The notes under the pieces were generated by a model. That model was not told the DNA's origin. It ran no database searches and worked only from the letters and a program-made list of their open reading frames with translations. Shown here in pieces: positions 55,782 to 64,000 of a stretch of DNA of 64,000 bases (positions within the stretch are counted from its first letter, which is position 1; every line of letters begins with the position of its first letter). The stretch is from contig CAVYYI010000002.1 in assembly GCA_963772725.1 (NCBI GenBank), positions 192,001-256,000 of the forward strand, written 5' to 3'. This DNA comes from an uncultured Phycisphaerales bacterium (GTDB lineage Bacteria > Planctomycetota > Phycisphaerae > Sedimentisphaerales > Anaerobacaceae). The position numbers and the translations under genes were made by a program.

Positions 55782-56258
55782 ATGCCCCCATCATTATTGT
55801 TTGATTTATCGCAAATAAACCTCGACGCTAAACCTGTTTTGGATAAGCAGACTATATGCAACGTAAATCCGCAAAGCTTTGAGATGCAGCAGCTTGACGG
55901 TGTTCTATGGTACGATAAGGCTAAATTCCTGATATTAGGCTATAAAGATGTAACCGAAAATGAGTTCTGGGTTCGGGGACATATTCCGGGAAGACCTTTA
56001 ATGCCTGGTGTAATAATGATTGAGTGCGCGGCACAGCTCCTCAGCTTTTTTGTAAGACATGTTTACGAAGTCAAAGGCTTCATCGGTTTTGCCAGCATAG
56101 ATTCAGCCAAATTCCGCTCAACTGTTAAGCCGGGACAAAGATTATATCTGTTGGGATACTTAAGTACCTTCAAAAGCAGGAAATATACCGCCTATATTCA
56201 GGGTGTCGCCGACGGGGTTATGGTCTTTGAAACAACCGTATCCGGCATGCAGGTATAA
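55782..56258 (+). CDS. FabA/FabZ-like hydroxyacyl-ACP dehydratase
   Basis: GHIPGRPLMPGVIMIE..AQ. Confidence 0.85.
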   Translation: MPPSLLFDLSQINLDAKPVLDKQTICNVNPQSFEMQQLDGVLWYDKAKFLILGYKDVTENEFWVRGHIPGRPLMPGVIMIECAAQLLSFFVRHVYEVKGFIGFASIDSAKFRSTVKPGQRLYLLGYLSTFKSRKYTAYIQGVADGVMVFETTVSGMQV

Positions 56259-56281
56259 GCAGCTTCGGTTTTAACAACCGG

Positions 56282-57064
56282 TTATTCTTTCCTGCCGCCT
56301 GATGGAAGCGGCAAGCCGAGTTCGGCGACGACTTTTTTCATATCCTCCCAGACGCGTCTTCGATTTTCATCAGAATAATTTCTGAGAAGATACGCCGGAT
56401 GGTATGTCGCCATAAGTTTTATCGGTTTGCTTCCTATGCCGGTGTGGTATTCGTGAAAATATCCCCGCAGCCGCCCTATCGCCTCGTTGCTGTTGAGCAG
56501 TGTTCTGGCCGCGTGAGCGCCGAGTGCGACAATCATCTCAGGATTAATGGCCTCAATCTGTCGTTGCAGGTAAGGCATACAGCTTATTATCTCTTCCGGC
56601 TTGGGGTCGCGATTATCCGGCGGACGGCACTTCAGAACATTGCAGATATAAACATCCTTGCGTTTAAGCCCGACGGCTTTGAGTATGTTATCAAGAAGCT
56701 GCCCCGCCCTGCCGACAAAAGGCCTGCCCTGAGCATCTTCATCTGCCCCCGGGGCCTCGCCAACAAAAACTATCCGGGCATTAGGATTACCCTCTCCCGG
56801 CACAGCGTTCTTTCTCGTCCCACCAAGAGTACATTTGCAGCATCTTCTTACTTCCGCGGCTATTTTTTCAAGTTCCGCCGCCGCGTCGATATTCCTCTGT
56901 CCGCCCTGCTGCTGAAGTTCTACATTTTCTTCTATGTCCGCCTGTCCGTTTTGGGGTTCAGTCAAATTCCTCGCGGGTTTTTTTACTGAAAAACCGCCCG
57001 TAAAAAAAGTGTCCATCTCCAAATGCTGCCTAACAGCCTTTTCAATATTTATTTCTTTCTTCAT
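56282..57064 (-). CDS. Uracil-DNA glycosylase family 4
   Basis: C..C.L, VGEAPG..ED..GRPFVG, KCRPP.NR, TYHPAYLLR. Confidence 0.9.
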   Translation of the reverse strand: MKKEINIEKAVRQHLEMDTFFTGGFSVKKPARNLTEPQNGQADIEENVELQQQGGQRNIDAAAELEKIAAEVRRCCKCTLGGTRKNAVPGEGNPNARIVFVGEAPGADEDAQGRPFVGRAGQLLDNILKAVGLKRKDVYICNVLKCRPPDNRDPKPEEIISCMPYLQRQIEAINPEMIVALGAHAARTLLNSNEAIGRLRGYFHEYHTGIGSKPIKLMATYHPAYLLRNYSDENRRRVWEDMKKVVAELGLPLPSGGRKE

Positions 57065-57525
57065 AGGCGCAATTTTACTTACATAAAGGCGCACACACAA
57101 CAAAAAACATCTTCGCCACAACATGAAGTGAAAAAGGCGAGGTGAATCTCACCATGCAAAACTTGTGTCTTGTGGTTGCCCGTTAATCCGAACGTGACTG
57201 TCATTGCGAGGATCGCAACGACAAAGCAATCTCATACATTACCTACATCCTGACCCCTAACCCCTCATCGCAAATCCAAAATCAGCACTTTTTCCTTGCC
57301 CTTTCCCCACAACTCTGTAAAATTCAATCAAATTTGAAAATTGAATAAGTACTGATTTTTGGCGTTCCAATCGAAATCGCGAAAATTCGAAATGGAAGAA
57401 CGCACACAGAGTCAGTGCCCCGTATGGGGCACTGCTTGCGTGTCTTCCATAGGCTTTCGCGAGCCTCGATTGGGCACGATGTAGCGGTGCCCTTTTTTAT
57501 TGCGCCGCTGCTAAAGGGGCAATAA

Positions 57526-60102
57526 ATGACAAAGGAAGCTAAGGCCAGAATCAAGATAAATAAACTTCTCGAAGAAGCTGGCTGGAGATTTGAAACGGAC
57601 AAGATAGGTCCTGCCAATATTCGGCTTGAGGCTGGCGTAAAATTTTCTGAATTAGGTGATGATTTTGAGAATGCAGAAACGCTTGATAAACGCCGTGGTG
57701 CGATCGATTTTCTGTTGCTTGATAAAGACGGAAGGTCACTTGTGGTTGTCGAAGCGAAGAAAGAGTCCATCGAGCCTCTGTCTGCCAAAGAGCAAGCCAA
57801 AAATTACGCACGCAATGTAAACGCTCGATTCATTATTCTTTCAAATGGGAATATCCATTATTTTTGGGATACTAAACACGGAAATCCTGAAACTATTTCA
57901 CGTTTTCCTACGCAAGATTCCATTACTCAGTATAAGTCCTATACACCGAATCCCAAAGAACTTGTGGACACTCCGGTAGATGAAAATTATATTATGGAAT
58001 CACAAATGCCGGGCTTCGCTCGAGATCCAGCTTTTCAAGATGAAGCTCATCGCCTCGCATTTCTTCGAAATAACAATCTAAAACAAATGCGCCCATATCA
58101 AGTGCAGGCAATCAAGAGTTTACAGGCAGCCGCTCGAGAGAGTAAAGCCCGTTTTCTTTTTGAAATGGCAACGGGAACAGGAAAAACGCTCATTTCCGCC
58201 GCTGTTATTAAACTTTTTCTTAAATCAGGCAACGCTCGACGAGTCTTATTTTTAGTTGATCGCCTTGAATTAGAAGTGCAGGCACATAAAGCATTCAGGG
58301 CTTATCTCGGACGAGATTTTACTACTATGATTTACAAGGACAACCGCGATTCATGGAGCAACGCTCAAATTGTTGTTTCAACCATTCAGACTTTTCTCGC
58401 TGGGGATCGTTATAAGAAAGAATTTTCTCCGACCGATTTTGAATTTATAGTCTCTGACGAAGCGCATCGGTCTATTGGTGGCAATAGCCGTGCGGTATTT
58501 GAGTATTTTGTTGGCTATAAACTTGGGCTTACCGCTACGCCAAAAGACTATCTAAAAGGTTTTGATTCAGAAGACTCGGATACTCAACGCGAGTTTGAAC
58601 GTCGGCAGCTTCTTGATACATATAAAACATTTGGTTGCGCTTCTGGAGAACCGACATTTCGATTTTCATTATTGGATGGTGTCCCTAAATATCTGGTTAA
58701 TCCTGTTATCGTGGATGCACGAACTGAAATTACGACACAGCTTCTCTCGGATGATGGCTATGCCATGCATACTACCACTGAAGAAGGAGAATCATTTGAG
58801 GAAATTTTAAACGAACGCCACTATGAGCGGAAGTTTTTTAACGAAGAAACAAATATTGCCATGTGCAAGGCATTTATGGATAACGGATTGTTTGACCCGA
58901 TCGCTAAAATGTATGGCGTAGAGCTTTTTGGGAAATCTCTTGTCTTTTGCGTATCACAAAAGCATGCTGCGCGAGTTACAAATATTTTGAATAAATTAGC
59001 TTTTGAGAAATGGCCAGCCCAATACGGTAAATCTGATTTTGCCATGCAGGTTACATCATTAGTACAGGGCGCACAACAAATGACGATTAATTTTGCCAAT
59101 AATCTTCTTGGCGGCAAGGTAAAACGTCCGCAAGGATATGATTCCAGCAAAACGCGCGTTTGTGTGACAGTCGGCATGATGACGACCGGATATGATTGTC
59201 AGGATATATTAAATCTTGCCTTAATGCGCCCGGTCTTTAGCCCTTCCGAATTTGTGCAGATAAAAGGCCGAGGAACCAGAAAATATCTTTTTGAATATAT
59301 AGACTATTTGGCAAAAGAGACCCATACCGCGTCAAAAGAACGATTCAAATTTTTCGATTTCTTCGCAACCTGTGAATATTTCGAAAAAGAGTTCCGGTAT
59401 GATGAAAAAATCGCTCTGCCTCAGATAAAGAAAGTTTCTAAAGAAATCACAGATGAGACAGGGGCTGGTCAAAGCACGGAAACCGAATATGTAGATGAGG
59501 ATGGAAATAAAGTATTTAAGGGAATGATTGATTTGGCTTCTCCCGATGCGATTGAAACCATCTCAGAAACTCCTGTTGGCGCAGAATGTATGCGTATTGA
59601 CCGCGAAGGATTTAAAAACGCGGTGGCCGAAGATGTAGTCGGAAACTCTGAGCTTAAAAATCTCTGGGATAACGGCGATGTTGTCGGTGCGGAAGAATAC
59701 ACTAAGAAACATGTTTTTGAAAAACCGAAGTATTTCCTCAATCTTGAGAAGATCCGTAAGGTATTCCATATAGATCGCCGTATCTCCGTTAGGGAGTTTC
59801 TTTTAGTTGCGTTTGGCAAGAAGGACGGCTTTGAAATGAAAGATGAGCTTCTTGAATCAGAGTGGCTTAAGTTCCAGGCGGTTAACTCAGTCGATATAGC
59901 GCATTATGCGGCTGTCAAAAGTTTCTTTAAAGCTTATATTGTTGACGATGAAGTCCGAGAAATTGTAAAGAATAACACACCTGCGCAATTTAATTTCTGC
60001 CCATCTTACGGTTTTGATGAATACCAAAAATTAAATAGTTACAAAACAATCGTTCCGACATATATCAAAGACTATGTGTCCTTGAACACATTTATGACTT
60101 AA
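57526..60102 (+). CDS. hsdR: Type I restriction enzyme R subunit (EcoEI-like)
   Basis: ID...VVEAK, MATGTGKT, DEAHRS, LTATP, MTTGYD, QIKGRGTR. Confidence 0.88.
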   Translation: MTKEAKARIKINKLLEEAGWRFETDKIGPANIRLEAGVKFSELGDDFENAETLDKRRGAIDFLLLDKDGRSLVVVEAKKESIEPLSAKEQAKNYARNVNARFIILSNGNIHYFWDTKHGNPETISRFPTQDSITQYKSYTPNPKELVDTPVDENYIMESQMPGFARDPAFQDEAHRLAFLRNNNLKQMRPYQVQAIKSLQAAARESKARFLFEMATGTGKTLISAAVIKLFLKSGNARRVLFLVDRLELEVQAHKAFRAYLGRDFTTMIYKDNRDSWSNAQIVVSTIQTFLAGDRYKKEFSPTDFEFIVSDEAHRSIGGNSRAVFEYFVGYKLGLTATPKDYLKGFDSEDSDTQREFERRQLLDTYKTFGCASGEPTFRFSLLDGVPKYLVNPVIVDARTEITTQLLSDDGYAMHTTTEEGESFEEILNERHYERKFFNEETNIAMCKAFMDNGLFDPIAKMYGVELFGKSLVFCVSQKHAARVTNILNKLAFEKWPAQYGKSDFAMQVTSLVQGAQQMTINFANNLLGGKVKRPQGYDSSKTRVCVTVGMMTTGYDCQDILNLALMRPVFSPSEFVQIKGRGTRKYLFEYIDYLAKETHTASKERFKFFDFFATCEYFEKEFRYDEKIALPQIKKVSKEITDETGAGQSTETEYVDEDGNKVFKGMIDLASPDAIETISETPVGAECMRIDREGFKNAVAEDVVGNSELKNLWDNGDVVGAEEYTKKHVFEKPKYFLNLEKIRKVFHIDRRISVREFLLVAFGKKDGFEMKDELLESEWLKFQAVNSVDIAHYAAVKSFFKAYIVDDEVREIVKNNTPAQFNFCPSYGFDEYQKLNSYKTIVPTYIKDYVSLNTFMT

Positions 60103-60112
60103 AAAGGAAAAT

Positions 60113-62608
60113 ATGCTAACTCCACAAGAAACCAGACGCCATATTGATGCCGCTCGGCAAGTGCTGGTGGGTGTTGTTCCGAACCCATCTTCTCAAATAG
60201 ACCAAATCACCAATGCTCTTATTTATAAGTTTATGGATGATATGGATCAGTCGGCTATTAAGGCTGGTGGCGATCCGTGTTTTTTTGTGAAGGATCTCGA
60301 ACGATATGCATGGACACGCCTTATGGATTCCCGCTTAGGCAATCAAGAGCGTATGAATCTCTATTCAGAAGCGCTTTTGAAATTTTCCGAAGCCAAACAG
60401 CTACCTGAACTCTTTTGCAGTATCTTTAGGTCCGCATTTTTGCCCTACCGCTCACCTGAAGTGCTCGGACTATTTTTAAAGGAAATAGACTATTTCGATT
60501 ACTCTCACTCTGAAGAACTGGGTAATGCCTATGAATATCTGCTTTCCATTATGGGCAGTCAAGGCGACGCCGGGCAGTTTCGCACACCGCGACATATCAT
60601 TGATTTTATTGTTGCGGCAGTAAATCCGACCAAGGACGATAAAGTGCTTGATCCCGCCTGCGGTACAGCAGGATTTTTAATAAGTGCTTACAAACATATT
60701 TTAAAACAGCACGACGGTAAGAATCCAGATGGCTCAAAAAATGAGGAAAAGCCGCTTACTCCAGATCAGAACCGCACGCTTATGAATAATTTTGAAGGTT
60801 ATGATGTTGATCCGGGAATGGTGCGCATTTCGCAGGTCAATATGTATCTTCATAATTTCAGGAACCCCAAAATATACAATTACAACACGCTTTCACAGGA
60901 TGAGCGTTGGGCTGATAAATTCGACGTTATCCTTGCCAATCCACCGTTTATGTCTCCTAAAGGTGGAGTAATGCCACATAATAAATTTAGTGTTAAATCC
61001 AGTCGGTCTGAAGTTCTTTTTGTTGATTACATTATGAATCACCTCCGTCCAAGAGGACGTGCAGGTATCATTGTTCCGGAGGGGATTATTTTCCAATCGG
61101 GTAAAGCGCATACACAACTTCGGGAAAATCTTATTGCTGATGGATTATATGCGGTAGCTTCATTGCCGCAAGGGATATTCAATCCGTATGCAGGAGTAAA
61201 AACAAGTATTTTATTTTTTGACAATGAGATTGCGAGGCGGTCTCGGAATATTTTGTTCGTAAAAATTCAGCATGATGGCACTGATTTAGGCACGCGAAAG
61301 AAAATAACTAAAAAGAACGATTTACCAGATGCCATTAAAGCAATAATCGCTTTTAGAAAATCAATTTTAGAAAACTCCGAATTTCAAAATACATCGATAG
61401 CTCATGCAGCTCTAAAGTCAGTAATTATTGAAAGTGGTGATTTTAATCTTTCGGGGGATCGTTATAAGATAAAGAGTATTGTTGAAACTGGCAATATTCC
61501 ACTAATCGAATTAGGTGAGATATTGGAAAGAAAAAGCCTTCGGGCCGGAGATTCTTATTCTCAATATGAAGTCTACACAATTTCATCCGCAAGAGGAGGT
61601 TTTGTTCCACAAAAGGAATATTATTCGAAGGATATAGCCTCAGATGATAGATCTAATTATAAAGTCGTGCAAAATAATTGGTTTGGTTATCGTCCACCCG
61701 GATTAGATATTGGCACAATCGGATTAAATATAACTGGTAAGGACCTAATAGTAAGTCCTCTTTATGAAATCTTTACATTGAAAGAAAGTATCAAATTATT
61801 GAGAGAATACTTATTTTTGCTTTTCAGAAGTGAAAATTTCAAAGATATTGTTAAGCCCTTAATGCAGGGAGCGGCTCGACCATTAGTTAATTGGGATACT
61901 TTTTGCCAAATTAAAATCCCCCTCCCTCCGCTTGAAATTCAAGACCAAATTGTGGCAGAGCTGGATGGCTACCAAAACATCATCTCTGGCTCTCGACAAG
62001 TGGTCGAAAACTGGAAGCTAAATATCGACATTGATCCTGAGTGGGAGAAAATAAAGTTGGGAGAAGTGTGCGAAGTAAAGTCTGGTGGAACCCCAAGCAC
62101 AAGTGTTCCAGAATACCATGAAAATGGAACAATACCTTGGTTGAAATCTGAGGTTTGTAAAGATGAAATTCTTAGAGAACCAAAAACATTCATAACAGAG
62201 ATAGGCGTAAATAATTCGTCTGCAAAATGGCTTGCCGAAAATACAACATTAATAGCTTTGGTTGGTGCTACGATCGGGAAAACTGCATTTTTAACATTCA
62301 AGGCCACCACAAACCAAAATATTGCTGGTTTATATCCCAAGAATATAGATCAACTTGATCCCTATTATTTATACCTTGCAAGTCAAACTCTTTATGATGC
62401 TTTTATGCGATTAGGCGATGGTGGTTTCAAAATGGCAAATCTATCTTTTATTAAAGAACTTGAAATCCCTTTGCCACCCCTTGAAATCCAAAAGCAAATC
62501 GTGGAGAAGATCGAAACTGAGCGTGTGTTGATTGAATCGGCTAAGAAATTAATCGAGATTTACGAGCAGAAAACAAAAGACGTTCTTTCTAAATTGTGGA
62601 CTGAATAA
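60113..62608 (+). CDS. Fused HsdM-HsdS N6-adenine methyltransferase / specificity subunit
   Basis: GQFRTPRHI, DPACGTAGFL, ANPPF, then two TRDs each ending IPLPPLEIQ. Confidence 0.9.
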   Translation: MLTPQETRRHIDAARQVLVGVVPNPSSQIDQITNALIYKFMDDMDQSAIKAGGDPCFFVKDLERYAWTRLMDSRLGNQERMNLYSEALLKFSEAKQLPELFCSIFRSAFLPYRSPEVLGLFLKEIDYFDYSHSEELGNAYEYLLSIMGSQGDAGQFRTPRHIIDFIVAAVNPTKDDKVLDPACGTAGFLISAYKHILKQHDGKNPDGSKNEEKPLTPDQNRTLMNNFEGYDVDPGMVRISQVNMYLHNFRNPKIYNYNTLSQDERWADKFDVILANPPFMSPKGGVMPHNKFSVKSSRSEVLFVDYIMNHLRPRGRAGIIVPEGIIFQSGKAHTQLRENLIADGLYAVASLPQGIFNPYAGVKTSILFFDNEIARRSRNILFVKIQHDGTDLGTRKKITKKNDLPDAIKAIIAFRKSILENSEFQNTSIAHAALKSVIIESGDFNLSGDRYKIKSIVETGNIPLIELGEILERKSLRAGDSYSQYEVYTISSARGGFVPQKEYYSKDIASDDRSNYKVVQNNWFGYRPPGLDIGTIGLNITGKDLIVSPLYEIFTLKESIKLLREYLFLLFRSENFKDIVKPLMQGAARPLVNWDTFCQIKIPLPPLEIQDQIVAELDGYQNIISGSRQVVENWKLNIDIDPEWEKIKLGEVCEVKSGGTPSTSVPEYHENGTIPWLKSEVCKDEILREPKTFITEIGVNNSSAKWLAENTTLIALVGATIGKTAFLTFKATTNQNIAGLYPKNIDQLDPYYLYLASQTLYDAFMRLGDGGFKMANLSFIKELEIPLPPLEIQKQIVEKIETERVLIESAKKLIEIYEQKTKDVLSKLWTE

Positions 62609-62610
62609 GT

Positions 62611-63261
62611 ATGTATGAAGATGCCCAAGAAATATTTGATTATTTGCCTATCAACAGAAGTAAGCCAGAGGCCGATTATATAGACCATCTTTGGAATGCG
62701 TTTGTTGCCCTTGACCAGACGGATAACGGGTCAAGGCCATTTATAATGATGCCTTTCCATCTGCTGTTTATGCTGGCGATTCAATATAAAAGTATAAGAA
62801 TTGCGAAGCTATTCCCCGACGCGACAAATTTATTTTTCGCAGGTGTGGGCGGGAGAAACAAAGATACATTACTGAATCCACTAAGGTCAGTATTCGATCT
62901 TGCGTTAATAAATGAACGGACTATTCCAGAGGTCTTTAGGCTTATCAAGCTGGATAAAAGCAAGGCCAAGGAAATTAAAGACTTAATTGATAAAAGGAAT
63001 AATAATCTCGCTCATGCTAAAGGCGGTATTGAGCCAGAACCAGACGAGCGAATTGAGCAATATCTCGATGCGTTGCGAACTTTACAGCCTTGCTTGATCC
63101 CATATAATGACCAGCTTGCTGAACAATGGTTGAATGAAAAAAGCGAAGAGGATGATTTAAAAGAGTATGTTGATGCGCGCTTGCTGGATAGTCAGTTATG
63201 CCCGGCAGATTTCAAGTCAGGTATACTTGCAGAACGCTTCCAAGCCGCCTTAAATGCTTGA
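62611..63261 (+). CDS. Hypothetical protein, possible HEPN-like domain
   Basis: Starts 2 nt after the M-S stop; RNNNLAH (R-x5-H). Confidence 0.55.
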   Translation: MYEDAQEIFDYLPINRSKPEADYIDHLWNAFVALDQTDNGSRPFIMMPFHLLFMLAIQYKSIRIAKLFPDATNLFFAGVGGRNKDTLLNPLRSVFDLALINERTIPEVFRLIKLDKSKAKEIKDLIDKRNNNLAHAKGGIEPEPDERIEQYLDALRTLQPCLIPYNDQLAEQWLNEKSEEDDLKEYVDARLLDSQLCPADFKSGILAERFQAALNA

Positions 63262-63371
63262 TTAATGATTTTAGAACCCCCTCGCTTCACGCTTCACTTT
63301 CTTATTCCGGCTTCTGGACTTCAGGCTTCTTTTTTCTCTACCAACTATCAACTACGAACTATGAACTATTT

Positions 63372-64000
63372 TTACCTCATTATCCAGCTTTTGCTCTTAA
63401 AAACGAGCTTTGCGTCTGAGCGAAAGGTCGGGTCGCCGCCGAGAGAATAATTTAGTTCGAGGGTCTTTCTGAGATAAATCTTTTCCGGATTTCCTGCCTG
63501 GTCTTTGGCGAGCGGGCTATCTATAACGGCGGTTTCATTGCTCAAGCCGGAAAGGAACAATTTTATTCCCTTTGCGGCGGGGTCAAAATCATGCCAGACA
63601 ATCGCGATATCCTGGGCGTTGTCGTCGCCCTGGAGAATTTTATTTCCTTTTTTTTCGAGGGATTCAAGAAGCGGATATTGGCCGCGATGACGTTTTTTTA
63701 TCTGCTCAAAAACGGCGTCCGGTACGAATTTACCCGCGGGGATAATTTGGTAAGTATCGGTCATGAGTTCGCATTTCGGATAAAAATCGGCATCACGGCC
63801 GGTCTTGTTGGTCAGGGTTACAATCAGGTACCAGAACCGCATTGGGTGTTTGTCGCCGGGCAGTTTTATTTCTATCTGCTCAGGATTCTCGTATTTTATG
63901 TTCAGCGTCCACTGGTCGCCGGTCTGTAACATCGCGGGCTCGGGCGCAGCCACGCATAATGCGCCGCCCACCAAAGCAATCAAAATTACCCAATATACCA
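63372..64000 (-). CDS. Exported hypothetical protein (start beyond window)
   Basis: Signal-peptide-like N-terminus; long open frame. Confidence 0.65.
   Translation of the reverse strand, partial: VYWVILIALVGGALCVAAPEPAMLQTGDQWTLNIKYENPEQIEIKLPGDKHPMRFWYLIVTLTNKTGRDADFYPKCELMTDTYQIIPAGKFVPDAVFEQIKKRHRGQYPLLESLEKKGNKILQGDDNAQDIAIVWHDFDPAAKGIKLFLSGLSNETAVIDSPLAKDQAGNPEKIYLRKTLELNYSLGGDPTFRSDAKLVFKSKSWIMR

Noticed and set aside
45765..57800. Long antisense ORFs (45765-46478, 53067-53786, 56399-56989, 57324-57800)
   Set aside because: Shadow frames opposite well-supported genes

Overview
Two zones. Bases 1-~40.3 kb are an accessory, IS-riddled defence/mobile island. It holds an AbiEi-type antitoxin, a metallophosphoesterase, a Fic protein, an uncharacterised two-gene operon, a DISARM remnant (C5 methyltransferase coupled to drmD), recQ and an MmeI-like RM gene. 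It also holds a putative mobile-element backbone: a Replic_Relax relaxase-like gene, iteron-like repeats, an array of small genes each preceded by a palindromic leader, several very long hairpins, and a HerA/VirB4-like ATPase. Nine IS copies from five elements can be delimited by terminal repeats: IS21 x2, IS66 x3, IS5, a Mutator-like IS, and a tandem DDE IS pair. Two lack target duplications and probably mark deletions. Bases ~40.4-64 kb are mostly core genes (ppdK, LPS kinase, MsbA-like ABC transporter, gnd, aroD-aroE fusion, XRE/S24 regulator, flavodoxin, Hc1-like, FabZ-like, UDG) plus a type I RM locus with a fused M-S subunit. Many single-base frameshifts (Fic, drmD, recQ, ppdK, gnd) may be long-read errors. 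Gene content tentatively suggests a Planctomycetota (Phycisphaerae-like) host; this is inference. The best candidate for an undescribed system is the 24-33 kb relaxase/iteron/hairpin-cassette/ATPase module. The second is the 3.8-8.9 kb operon, whose smaller protein weakly resembles a phage portal.
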